A DNA stretch of 55,614 bases from Thermoprotei archaeon (GTDB taxonomy: Archaea > Thermoproteota > Thermoprotei > Thermoproteales > B15-G16), in contig QMRC01000012.1 of the NCBI GenBank assembly GCA_003649205.1, forward strand, positions 1-55,614, written 5' to 3'. Both the position numbers and the translations under genes were made by a program. Positions 20,452-29,416 of this stretch are shown piece by piece; position 1 is the first letter of the stretch, and every line of letters starts with the position of its first letter. A model generated the notes under the pieces. It did not search any database. It was not told the DNA's origin and saw only the letters and a list, made by a program, of their open reading frames with translations.

Positions 20452-20880
20452 TCACTCGCCAACCTTAGCACTCATTCTAACCCTTCCTGGAGGATCACTT
20501 ACGTGTCTCCACAAACCCTTAAAGAAGCTCTCAACTCTAATACCAAGAGCATCAATTGTAGCATCTGTAATTAGTGGTTCCTCAAGTCCTGGGTGAATCA
20601 CTAAATCAGCATCAACCCTCGAAAGTATCTCATCACCATCCCCGAGTAGCTCCAGTGTAAGAGCATTCTCAACAACGTACACAATACGTCTAGCATCCGC
20701 TACCGCTGCTTCCCAAGCATCACCACTAACATACCCTAACTCCCTAGCAGTACTCTCATCAACAACAAGAACCGGTCTAGGGCTATGAGAACCACCATTA
20801 ACCAACACCACAAGCTCCTTAACCTTACCAACCTTGGATCTCATTCTTAACTTAACATACACGACCATGCGCACAACCAC
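20452..20880 (-). CDS. clan AA aspartic-protease-like protein (catalytic Asp replaced by Asn)
   Basis: VLVNGGS at the DTG site; ARELG and EPLITDATIDALGI. Confidence 0.75.
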   Translation of the reverse strand: MVVRMVVYVKLRMRSKVGKVKELVVLVNGGSHSPRPVLVVDESTARELGYVSGDAWEAAVADARRIVYVVENALTLELLGDGDEILSRVDADLVIHPGLEEPLITDATIDALGIRVESFFKGLWRHVSDPPGRVRMSAKVGE

Positions 20881-20983
20881 ACCTACCTACAAGCACCCAC
20901 CTACTAATCCTCAATCTACGACCCTTAACCTCCACCTTACGAAGCAAGATCCACCTACCGTACCTAATAACTAACCTACTCAT
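20852..20983 (-). CDS. putative 43-aa basic peptide (not in ORF track)
   Basis: MSRLVIRYGRWILLRKVEVKGRRLRISRWVLVGRCGCAHGRVC with a GGTGG RBS; overlaps the start of the next gene. Confidence 0.35.
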   Translation of the reverse strand: MSRLVIRYGRWILLRKVEVKGRRLRISRWVLVGRCGCAHGRVC

Positions 20984-21089
20984 CCACCGCCACCAAGGAG
21001 AGATTCACAGTACTTAACTTCATCCCTACAGTGTAAATTGTAAATTATGTACTTACCCTTATTTCACAGATAATCACAACACAAACAAA

Positions 21090-21143
21090 CTATCAGTAAT
21101 GGGACTTCTCTTCACCTATCTGCTAGTAGGGAGTTCATCACAG
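21090..21143 (-). ncRNA. box C/D guide sRNA overlapping the stop of the zinc-ribbon gene
   Basis: GTGATGA-ACTCCCTACTAG-CAGA-tag-GTGAAGA-GAAGTCCCATTA-CTGA, with two 12-nt guides. Confidence 0.88.
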
Positions 21144-21338
21144 TTCATCAACATACCTGATCAAGTCATCTAGAGGGACCTCAGCACCACAGTAAGGACA
21201 CCTAAAATTCACTAACTTAAATGTAGTACCTCGTTTACCAAATCTAGCACTAACCAGTGTGAATTCTCTACCACACGACCTACATACGTAGGTTACTCTC
21301 GTCTTATGTACTCGAAAGATACCTTCCTCGTCAACCAT
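21138..21338 (-). CDS. small C4 zinc-ribbon protein
   Basis: CRSCG ... CPYCG in 66 aa. Confidence 0.8.
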   Translation of the reverse strand: MVDEEGIFRVHKTRVTYVCRSCGREFTLVSARFGKRGTTFKLVNFRCPYCGAEVPLDDLIRYVDEL

Positions 21339-21724
21339 GGTGTTTCCTCCTGAAGATCACCATACAGAGCAATAATCAACTTACCATCGTATTTCTTGAC
21401 TAATACCCTAATAAATATCTGTGATCTATGTCTATAGCATAAGATCCTGTAAACCACACCTGAAACTACCTTAGCTAACTCAACTCCAGAATCTAGTACA
21501 GTACCCTTGCTGATGATCAACTCCTCAACTTCTCCTCTAGGACCTATATGATCTACGATTGTGGATTTAATACCTGTACATAACCTACCTAGGTCACTCA
21601 TATACGTGGCTTCACTACTGGGTAAGATGCCCCAGAGAAAGTCCTCTTCCTCGATGTACTCACTTAAGTACTCCTTAATCCTACTCATTACCTCAAGTAG
21701 CAAGGTACACCTTCTAGCACCCAT
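21293..21724 (-). CDS. hypothetical protein
   Basis: 143-aa ORF with GAGGT RBS, between the MBL and zinc-ribbon genes. Confidence 0.7.
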   Translation of the reverse strand: MGARRCTLLLEVMSRIKEYLSEYIEEEDFLWGILPSSEATYMSDLGRLCTGIKSTIVDHIGPRGEVEELIISKGTVLDSGVELAKVVSGVVYRILCYRHRSQIFIRVLVKKYDGKLIIALYGDLQEETPWLTRKVSFEYIRRE

Positions 21725-21740
21725 GGCTCTACCTCTCAGG

Positions 21741-22826
21741 CTATAGAGTGTCTATTAGTGGTTTCCTCCCTAAGTACTCAGCAGCTGTAAGAACTTCAAC
21801 ACCACACTTCTCTGCTTCCTCAAATACTTCCGCAACTCTACTCCTCCATCTCTTCTCTCGAAGTAGGTGGTGATCGTATATCAGGAGTTTAGGTCTTGAA
21901 GATACTATGGTTACAGCATTGTCTACCGCCCTCTTGAGATTAACTCTGTTGAGCATGTAGGGAAAGAGGTATGTTGGAGGGCCATCCAGTATAACTACAT
22001 CAGGTCTTAATCTAGCTATGTACTCTGCATAGTCCTCAATCATTGGACCCATAAGATCACTAGAGTAGAAGACCACGTAGTTTCTTCGCTTGATAACTAT
22101 TGGTGTTACCCAACCAGTTCTATCGTATTCAATACCGTGAAACCAGGGGTTCAAAATCTCGAGAACAGTATCGCCAACCTCAAGACACTTACCGTCACCC
22201 CACATTATCTTGACTCCATTAGACAGAGTAATCTCCTCAATCCAAGACCTACGAGACCACAATTTCTCAACTAAATTACGAAACCAGGTACGTCCCTTAG
22301 CTAGTAGCTCCTCCCTCCTCCTCTGATAATCACCAAAGTTCTTCGACAAAGCAATACTCAAAGATTCAACAGGATCAGGAAACTCCCTAACCTTTGGTTC
22401 ACACATGTACTTCGTCAAATCCTCACCAACTAACCTAAGTAGTTCGGATAGAAATAACCTAGCTCTCTCCCACTGACTTTCATTAATGTACATGTTGGGA
22501 TTCTTCAACACGAGTAACTCAGCACCAAACCACATAGACTTCGGATCCCTAATAGCGTGATCACTTGGAAGCACATGATGATCGTAGTGATAGTGCGTAA
22601 TCACTATGACCTTAGCTACCCTACACCAATCCTCAATAACCTCAATAGCTCTTCTCCTCAAAGCAATCTTCTCCTCACTAGGAAGAGGGTAACTAGGCTG
22701 CATCTCAGCTGCACCTGGATCAATTACAATAGGACCAGCACTAGACTCAACAACAATAGATGCACACTTAGCACCTAAACTATCGAACCACAGCAACCTA
22801 ATACCAATCTCCTCAAGTAACCCCAT
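21741..22826 (-). CDS. metallo-beta-lactamase-fold hydrolase (UPF0282-like)
   Basis: DSLGAK, IDPG, ITHYHYDHH, LDGPPTY and DHHLLR. Confidence 0.9.
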   Translation of the reverse strand: MGLLEEIGIRLLWFDSLGAKCASIVVESSAGPIVIDPGAAEMQPSYPLPSEEKIALRRRAIEVIEDWCRVAKVIVITHYHYDHHVLPSDHAIRDPKSMWFGAELLVLKNPNMYINESQWERARLFLSELLRLVGEDLTKYMCEPKVREFPDPVESLSIALSKNFGDYQRRREELLAKGRTWFRNLVEKLWSRRSWIEEITLSNGVKIMWGDGKCLEVGDTVLEILNPWFHGIEYDRTGWVTPIVIKRRNYVVFYSSDLMGPMIEDYAEYIARLRPDVVILDGPPTYLFPYMLNRVNLKRAVDNAVTIVSSRPKLLIYDHHLLREKRWRSRVAEVFEEAEKCGVEVLTAAEYLGRKPLIDTL

Positions 22827-22932
22827 CTACACACCACCACAAAGCTAGAAGACGTAACTTAAAGTACCTAACTCTACACATGAAAGCAGTGATACACATT
22901 AGTGAGTTTGTGTAAAGTACATAGGGGGTCAC

Positions 22933-23478
22933 ATGTCCACTAAGTGTAGTATTACGTACAGAGGAGTAACTATTGATGTAGTCCTAGGAGATATAACCAA
23001 GCTCGAGGTAGATGCTGTAGTTAATCCAGCTAACACCCTCATGATAATGGGTGGAGGAGTTGCAGGTGCAATAAAGCGTGTTGGTGGTGAAGAGATTGAG
23101 AAGGAAGCGATGAAACAAGCACCAGTACCCATTGGAAGAGCTATCGCTACAACAGCTGGTAAATTACCAGCAAAGTACGTAATACACACACCAACTGTTG
23201 AGAGACCTGGCATGAGAGCAAGCATCGAGAATGTTGTCAAAGCTGTGAGAGCTGCTCTAGAGAAAGCTGATGAGCTGAACGTGAAGTCCATTGCGTTTCC
23301 CGGTATGGGTACTGGCGTCGGTGGTGTACCGTATAATCAAGCTGCTGAAGCCATGATATCAACGATAAGAAAGTACATTGATCAAGGTACAAAGATAGAG
23401 AAAATAGTGCTAGTTGCAATAGACGAGAAACTCTGCGAAGAATTCTGTAGAGCCATAGATAGACTACTCAAAGGATAA
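22933..23478 (+). CDS. macro domain protein (ADP-ribose binding/hydrolase)
   Basis: GDIT, VVNPAN, GGGVAGAI and AFPGMGTGVGG. Confidence 0.95.
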   Translation: MSTKCSITYRGVTIDVVLGDITKLEVDAVVNPANTLMIMGGGVAGAIKRVGGEEIEKEAMKQAPVPIGRAIATTAGKLPAKYVIHTPTVERPGMRASIENVVKAVRAALEKADELNVKSIAFPGMGTGVGGVPYNQAAEAMISTIRKYIDQGTKIEKIVLVAIDEKLCEEFCRAIDRLLKG

Positions 23479-23908
23479 TGCCGTGAACTCTCAAATCTTA
23501 TAGCTAAGGTATCTCTACCAACCAAAAACATTGAATTTATTCATTACGACTACCTCCTCATCAAGGTCTTTACCACAGCATCACGTAGAATAGATGTGAT
23601 AACGATGCTGATCTGAACTTCCTAATTTCCGCAGGTACACTAGCTATCAGAGCATAGTTACACTTATCGAAGCACCTTCTCGAACTACATTAGTTACTAC
23701 TCCATCAATGAACCAACCTGTAGAGTTACTGAAGACCAACAGAACTAGATAGTCTAGTACTCAATCATGAAAATCTCAGTACACCAAGTACACATACCAT
23801 CAGTTGAGGACAATACTAGATCTCCTGAGCTCTTATTGTGGAGTAGGATGGGGTGAGTGCACTATGGATTTAGGATCTGAGAATTAGGCGAGAAAGAGGT
23901 TATAGGAA

Positions 23909-23986
23909 TGGAGCCGGGGCCGGGATTCGAACCCGGGATTTACCGGGTCTGCAGCCCGGCGCCTTTGACCGCTCGGCCACCCCGGC
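23909..23986 (-). tRNA. tRNA-Cys(GCA), CCA encoded
   Basis: GCCGGGG acceptor stem, CCGGG-CTGCAGA-CCCGG anticodon arm, TTCGAAT T-loop and 3' TCCA. Confidence 0.98.
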
Positions 23987-24065
23987 TCTCTAGGTTAAAG
24001 AGTCAACTATGGGTTCATATGTTTTTCGTTGATTCCTCTACGTGATCTCAATTCTTGCTGTTGCT

Positions 24066-25025
24066 CTACTCTCTTGCCCAGTACGGTTTCTCTAGGTATA
24101 TGTAAGCACTTCTCGCAGCTATGAATCCCTGTGCTATCGCTGTGTGTATGGTCATTAAGCCACCTAGTCCACCTGTTACATCACCAGCAGCGAAAACACC
24201 AGGAATGTTCGTTCTACATTGAGAATCAACCTTTATGAACCCTCTATCATCTACATCTAGCCCTCTCTCCTTAAGTACCTCAGTTTCAGGTCTAACACCT
24301 ACAGCAAATATCACGAAGTTACATTCAAGCTGCTTTTCCTCACCTGTAATTACAGATTTCAACTTAATACCCTCTACGTGTTCCCTACCGAAGATTTCAG
24401 TAGGTACGTAACCAAGTACAAAGTGTATAGGTAGTTTCTTCGCTCTCTCTACCAATACCTCATCTGCTCTAAACTCTGTCCTCCTATGAACTAGGTACAC
24501 CTCAGAACATACTTCAGATAGTGCAATTGCAGCTTCCAATGCGGCATTACCACCACCAATAACAACGACACGTCGATTTCTAAACCTCGATAGACTCTTA
24601 GGGAAACCAGTTAAGACCCCGGGTAAATCACATCCAGGTACCAGCAACTTAATTGGTGATGCTCCGATGCAAACTATTATTGCTCTCGCCTCAAGTTCTA
24701 AACCCCGTAAGCTTCTAACAAACTTAACATCACCACGTAGCTCGTAGTCAATAATTCTATGCCCCAGGTAGATATCTACGTTCCCTAACTTCCTCAAATG
24801 CTCCTCAAAATGCTGAGCAAGCTCAATAGCTTTAATAGCAGGGAAGCCGAGGTAATCCTCAACGATCTTACTCGGATAGAGGTACCTAAGAGAACCACCA
24901 AGAGAATCTCTTGCTTCAACAATCGCTACCTGTAACCCCCTTCTACTGCAGTACAGTGTAGCCGCTAAACCTGCAGGACCACCGCCAATAATTACTACAT
25001 CGTAAGGAGACTGCATTACAGGCAC
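24066..25025 (-). CDS. TrxR-fold FAD/NAD(P) oxidoreductase lacking CxxC (ferredoxin-NADP reductase-like)
   Basis: IGGGPAG, LYPSKIVEDYLGFP, IGGGNAA, HRRTEFRA and AAGDV; no CxxC at the redox site. Confidence 0.85.
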   Translation of the reverse strand: MPVMQSPYDVVIIGGGPAGLAATLYCSRRGLQVAIVEARDSLGGSLRYLYPSKIVEDYLGFPAIKAIELAQHFEEHLRKLGNVDIYLGHRIIDYELRGDVKFVRSLRGLELEARAIIVCIGASPIKLLVPGCDLPGVLTGFPKSLSRFRNRRVVVIGGGNAALEAAIALSEVCSEVYLVHRRTEFRADEVLVERAKKLPIHFVLGYVPTEIFGREHVEGIKLKSVITGEEKQLECNFVIFAVGVRPETEVLKERGLDVDDRGFIKVDSQCRTNIPGVFAAGDVTGGLGGLMTIHTAIAQGFIAARSAYIYLEKPYWARE

Positions 25026-25041
25026 CTAGAGAAAGGAAGTA

Positions 25042-25095
25042 GCTCAGAGCTTTTAATCTTCTTCATGCACTCCGCAGGACCCGTTTCATCACAGC
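25042..25095 (-). ncRNA. box C/D guide sRNA
   Basis: GTGATGA-AACGGGTCCTG-CGGA-gtgc-ATGAAGA-AGATTAAAAGCT-CTGA with a short terminal stem. Confidence 0.88.
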
Positions 25096-25114
25096 GCAGT
25101 CAAATAAATGTAAG

Positions 25115-25178
25115 TGATGTAGCGCACGGCTCACGGCACAGGCTCATTGAGGGTCTCAAGACCCTCTCACCTGTGCGC
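25115..25178 (-). ncRNA. atypical H/ACA-like pseudouridine guide RNA with K-turn
   Basis: GCACAGG/CCTGTGC stem, K-turn (TGA / AATGAG), GAGGGTCT/AGACCCTC apical stem, a 15-nt 3' arm, then ACA. TTTATTA box lies about 30 nt upstream. Confidence 0.75.
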
Positions 25179-25408
25179 AAATTATCACCTACCGCCTTAG
25201 GTAATAAACTCTACCTCAATCTCAATCATGGTGACACTCCATAACTCTCCTATCGAACATGGAGAGACCTCAGAGCTATCTCAACTGGTTAGCCTACACC
25301 GTGCTAGAGATCGTTATCTGTATCATATATGTGATACTTACAGCTATATCACAACCACTTCATTCAGGAGCTTAAATTCCCTTTTGTTGAGTATGTTTAG
25401 GGATCTAT

Positions 25409-25549
25409 ATGAGATGCGACGTCTGTGGTAATGAGATGGAGTTAATTAAAAAGGATAGAGTTGGTAATAGTGTCGTCAGGTTCTGGATCTGTAAAAAATG
25501 TGGTAAAAAGTACATTGAAGAGCTCACTTCAACGCTAACTCTCTTCTAA
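25409..25549 (+). CDS. 46-aa C4 zinc-ribbon microprotein (below ORF-track cutoff)
   Basis: MRCDVCGNEMELIKKDRVGNSVVRFWICKKCGKKYIEELTSTLTLF; CTTAAA box upstream. Confidence 0.75.
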   Translation: MRCDVCGNEMELIKKDRVGNSVVRFWICKKCGKKYIEELTSTLTLF

Positions 25550-25559
25550 CGAGCTACTT

Positions 25560-26456
25560 CTATTTCCTCAACTTACTCAGTACTTCCTTTATCCCCTCAG
25601 CTATTACAGGTGCAACAGTTACCTTACTGTATGGTGTTGGTATCGTATCTGTAGCTATTATGTGATCTACTCCAGCAGACTTCATTTTCTCAATAGCTTC
25701 ACCAACGAATATTCCGTGAGCGCAAGCAGCTACTACTGATGTAGCTCCTTGCCTCTTAACCTCCCTAGCTGCTAGAGCTATCGTGCCACCAGTAGCTATT
25801 ATGTCATCAATAATTATGACATCTCTTCCCTGTACGGAGAGAGATTTTGGTTTTGCTGTAACCTCACCAGTTATTCTATCCCTACTCTTCTCAATGTAAT
25901 CGTAATCAACACCAAGTACCTCAGCAACTAACTTAGCTCTCCATAGAGCACCCATATCAGGTGCTAGTACGAGGGGTTTCCTAAGCCTTAACTCTCTCTG
26001 TATGTACTCTGCGAGTAACTTCATTGAGGTAACATCTAGTGTAGGTATGTTCACTACCTGTAAGCTCTCTCGTTTATGGACGTCAACAGTGATTATTGCA
26101 TCAGCACCACAGCTCTCAATACATTTGAGTACTGTCTTTACACTAATTGCCTCACCTTCTCTGAACCTCTTATCCTGTCTAGCATATGCTAGGTACGGAA
26201 TGACTGCAATAACAGATCTAGCACCTAGGTCCTTAGCTGTATCGATCATCAGCAGTAACTCTACTAGATGTTTGTCCTGTGGGTAGTAGAGTGATTGAAC
26301 AATAACGATATCCTCCCCCTTGATATCTCTTGGATACCTGATGTACGATTCACCGTCAGGAAATACCTTGTGCTCTACATCCATGTACGTAGTCTGTAGG
26401 TGTGAAGCTACTTTGATTGCGAGTTCTCTTGATGCTGGACCACCAACCACAATCAT
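25560..26456 (-). CDS. prs: ribose-phosphate pyrophosphokinase
   Basis: FPDGE, PYLAYARQD, APDMGA and IIDDIIATGGT. Confidence 0.97.
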   Translation of the reverse strand: MIVVGGPASRELAIKVASHLQTTYMDVEHKVFPDGESYIRYPRDIKGEDIVIVQSLYYPQDKHLVELLLMIDTAKDLGARSVIAVIPYLAYARQDKRFREGEAISVKTVLKCIESCGADAIITVDVHKRESLQVVNIPTLDVTSMKLLAEYIQRELRLRKPLVLAPDMGALWRAKLVAEVLGVDYDYIEKSRDRITGEVTAKPKSLSVQGRDVIIIDDIIATGGTIALAAREVKRQGATSVVAACAHGIFVGEAIEKMKSAGVDHIIATDTIPTPYSKVTVAPVIAEGIKEVLSKLRK

Positions 26457-26519
26457 AGTAAGTCCCCAGCAAAGCTCTAGTGGTGACTTACGATATTTGT
26501 ACTTTAGTCGTTGATGCCC

Positions 26520-27344
26520 TCATAGCTCGAGAGGTGTTGCTTGTTGTAGAACGGACTCAATAATCTCCTTCACGAAATTGAACCTCGTAATTAGCTCAGT
26601 TAGCAACGTATCTATCTTCATCTCTACAAGATCGACTACCTGATAACGTGAGAAGCTAATGGATCCTCTTTGGTAAAAGGTCTTAACTACAACAACCGGG
26701 AAGTAGATCAACTCCTTACCCAGTACAATGTAGTGCTGCGTCTCAGGTCGAATACCCAATTGATCAAGTATCATCTTAATTAGCCACAGCTTACTCCTCT
26801 TCTCAAGACCTTCACCTGCTACACCATGTAGTAGTGCTAGTGGTGGTAGGAATACTGAAGCTAGTAGTGACGAGATGGTGCTGAATTTACTACCTTCTTC
26901 TGAGGACTTAGACTCTAGTTCAGAGAGCTTAACCTCGATACTTCTTCTAAGGTCTAGGAAACCATAGAGAATGTACTCAGCATCTAAGTACTGTGGCTCA
27001 GCAATAGCTTCAAAGCTATGTCCACCAATTATACCGTAACTTCGCTTATGCTTCAAGATCTTTGAATTCAATACGTAAATACGCTCAAGGTCAAGTCTAC
27101 GAAAAATCTCATTAGCTATCAAAGCATTGACAGCAATCTTCCTCTCAACTCTAAATGAAATCCCCTCAGCAACGTAATCAATTAGGTAGTACGGTATCCA
27201 CAGCAACCAAGCACAAGCCCTCAACCTTAGTAAGAGAGCATCCCTAGCAATCCTCGCAGCCTTAAGAACCCCCTTCTCATCAATCTTCTTCAACTTAGGG
27301 ACGACATACGAGACAGCTTTCGTACTCAAACTACCACCTAACAC
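26520..27344 (-). CDS. hypothetical protein
   Basis: 274-aa ORF with one hydrophobic segment; downstream of the CARF gene. Confidence 0.7.
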   Translation of the reverse strand: MLGGSLSTKAVSYVVPKLKKIDEKGVLKAARIARDALLLRLRACAWLLWIPYYLIDYVAEGISFRVERKIAVNALIANEIFRRLDLERIYVLNSKILKHKRSYGIIGGHSFEAIAEPQYLDAEYILYGFLDLRRSIEVKLSELESKSSEEGSKFSTISSLLASVFLPPLALLHGVAGEGLEKRSKLWLIKMILDQLGIRPETQHYIVLGKELIYFPVVVVKTFYQRGSISFSRYQVVDLVEMKIDTLLTELITRFNFVKEIIESVLQQATPLEL

Positions 27345-27383
27345 TAGTACGCTACAATGGGTAATAAATTGTAAGCTTAGGAA

Positions 27384-28214
27384 CTACGGAAGTAACCTAA
27401 CGATGAACCTACCTAAGTCAGTCAACATGATAGCTCTGGTCTTACCCGTGAAGATCTTCCTAACTAAACCTTTTCTTTCAAGTGAATCTATGCATCGACT
27501 AAAGGCACTCCTAACACTTGAATCCTCAGAACTAAACCCAACAAGCTCTATAACATCTCTAATAGCTCTAACAACCCCACCCACCTCATCTACCTTCTTC
27601 AAAATCTTCCTCTCTAAATCCGTTAAGTCACCTAGCTTAAACGATGGTATTGTGAAGAGGATAATACTTGGTCTATCTGAAGACCTCACAACACTTCGTT
27701 CCTTAAGTAAGGTCACAATATCGCGAGATGATACAATGGAATTACTGAATCTATTGACTAGAAATGAGATCTCATCACCTCCTTCAGCTCTTGAGTAGAG
27801 CACAGTAACAGATCTCCTAAGCGCGGCGAAGATACAACTAGCAATTATCGACTCCTTAGTTGCTGAGGAGATGTCTATCACTAGCTCAGTACCGTACCTA
27901 CCAACTTCTTCCCTATTGTAGATAAAGGTTAGGTACTTCAGGACAGAATGTATAGACCTAGTATTTACCTTAGCTACAACTGGATTCAGTAACTTAACCC
28001 TCCTAGCGACCTCTCTAGCATTTTCACGAGAGATCCTACCAAATCTATCACTTGTTCTATCACATACTACGTATATTCTCCGAATAGGTACCTCCTTGAG
28101 TAAGTACTCGATAACTTCAGTAACTCTCCTAACCTCAGTCGTAACGAAACAGCACAACAGTATTGATCTTGAAGCGCTAACACCCATCATTGAATTCGCT
28201 ATGTGAAAAAGCAA
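27384..28214 (-). CDS. CARF (Csa3-like) plus winged-HTH transcriptional regulator
   Basis: Rossmann-like N-terminus (RRIYVV, LVIDISSATKES). C-terminal LTDLERKIL...SLERKGLVRK..GKTRAIMLTDLGR wHTH. Confidence 0.75.
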   Translation of the reverse strand: MLFHIANSMMGVSASRSILLCCFVTTEVRRVTEVIEYLLKEVPIRRIYVVCDRTSDRFGRISRENAREVARRVKLLNPVVAKVNTRSIHSVLKYLTFIYNREEVGRYGTELVIDISSATKESIIASCIFAALRRSVTVLYSRAEGGDEISFLVNRFSNSIVSSRDIVTLLKERSVVRSSDRPSIILFTIPSFKLGDLTDLERKILKKVDEVGGVVRAIRDVIELVGFSSEDSSVRSAFSRCIDSLERKGLVRKIFTGKTRAIMLTDLGRFIVRLLP

Positions 28215-28230
28215 CTAATATCTCAATAAC

Positions 28231-28379
28231 TATTGCTTGCTTACTCTCGAAAGTACATTGACTTCACTTCGTCGGTGAACCCCGTAAGTAGAGGGTTGAG
28301 TGAAAGTACGTACCGTAACAAGTAGTGGAGTACTTAGATATGCATCAGTTACATACCGTGTGTACTTTCCTAAGCAATA
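28231..28379. repeat. nested inverted repeats in the divergent CARF/nurA intergenic region
   Basis: TATTGCTT (28231)/AAGCAATA (28372) and GAAAGTACA (28249)/TGTACTTTC (28361). Internal pairs TTCACT/AGTGAA, AACCC/GGGTT and GTAAC/GTTAC. Confidence 0.55.
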
Positions 28380-28417
28380 AGTTCCTCTACACAACCTAGT
28401 TTTGGGGTACCTAACCT

Positions 28418-29416
28418 GTGTTTCCAAAAGATGACATTGAGAGGGTGCTGGAGAAACTTAGGAAGATGTATCTTGGTTCAGGGTCCAGTACTAGGTCGGT
28501 GTATCCAGTACTGAGGATTGGTTATGGTTTTGTTATTAGGGGGTTACCTATTGAGTTAAGTAATTTTAAGGTCTTTAAGCCACGAAGTCATCCCTACTAC
28601 TTAATTACAGTAGATGCTTCGCTCAAGACATTATTTGATTGTGGTGCGTATAGAGTTATCGAAGCTAAGTTATCATTTGGTATTTGGCGTGGTAGAGAAC
28701 GTATTTGTAGTCCTAAGGTACTTCTCAAGAGGATTAGCGTTGTACCTTCGAGAGATGCTGCTTTTGAGTGGTTGCTCAGGATTGAGCTAGAGACATTGCT
28801 CAAGACAATTGATGAGCTTTCACCTAGTAAACTGGATATATGTCTACTCGATAGAGCACTTGTCTGTCCACCTACCTACAGCGATAAGACTCGCTCTCTC
28901 TTCACTGAGTTCATATCTAATCTCGTCAAGAGGGGTATTACTGTTGTTGGTCTCTCTAAATCAACTCAGTTAAGGGTATCTACTGGTGAATCACTCATAG
29001 GGTATCTACTGCACCTCAGTTCTAGGAGTGAAGAGCTTAGGTATTCACGATGGGTGTACTACCCTGTCTTTAGTAGTAGATTACTACCTCCTTGGTACTA
29101 CGGTGATATAGCTATTGTCAAGCTTGATCCCGATTCCGAACATGCTTTTAGAATGGATTTCGTACTCTCTTCAGGACCTACTTTAGATGATATTGTTGAG
29201 GAATTAGCTTACTTAGTTGACCCTGTTACTCCAGGTTATCCTTACCCTCTACGTTGTGTTCACGAAGAATCTAGGTTCTCCAGGAGTGAGGTTGAGATTG
29301 ATCGCCTTAAATTTCTCGAGAAGCTTAGAGAGTATAATTTACTTGAGTACTTTCTCTCTGATGTCAGGTCAACTTCCTTTAGGAGTACATACCTGCTTAA
29401 GAGGGAGCTTGAGTGA
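28418..29416 (+). CDS. nurA: NurA-family nuclease
   Basis: ITVDAS, LLDRAL, VVGLSKST, FRMD and GYPYPL..VHEES. Confidence 0.88.
   Translation: MFPKDDIERVLEKLRKMYLGSGSSTRSVYPVLRIGYGFVIRGLPIELSNFKVFKPRSHPYYLITVDASLKTLFDCGAYRVIEAKLSFGIWRGRERICSPKVLLKRISVVPSRDAAFEWLLRIELETLLKTIDELSPSKLDICLLDRALVCPPTYSDKTRSLFTEFISNLVKRGITVVGLSKSTQLRVSTGESLIGYLLHLSSRSEELRYSRWVYYPVFSSRLLPPWYYGDIAIVKLDPDSEHAFRMDFVLSSGPTLDDIVEELAYLVDPVTPGYPYPLRCVHEESRFSRSEVEIDRLKFLEKLREYNLLEYFLSDVRSTSFRSTYLLKRELE

Noticed and set aside
23540-23586. Possible minus-strand C/D sRNA (GTGATGC...TTGA-TGAGGA...ATGA)
   Set aside because: Both terminal boxes are degenerate and no target was recognised.
24066-25025. Thioredoxin reductase call
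   Set aside because: No CxxC motif; it matches the known TrxR-fold ferredoxin-NADP reductase type, so it is neither trxB nor novel.
25228-25431. 67-aa ORF in the track
   Set aside because: No motif; it spans the promoter of the better-supported zinc-ribbon ORF at 25409.
28230-28427. 65-aa ORF between the CARF gene and nurA
   Set aside because: No coding features; the region is better explained as promoter plus inverted repeats.
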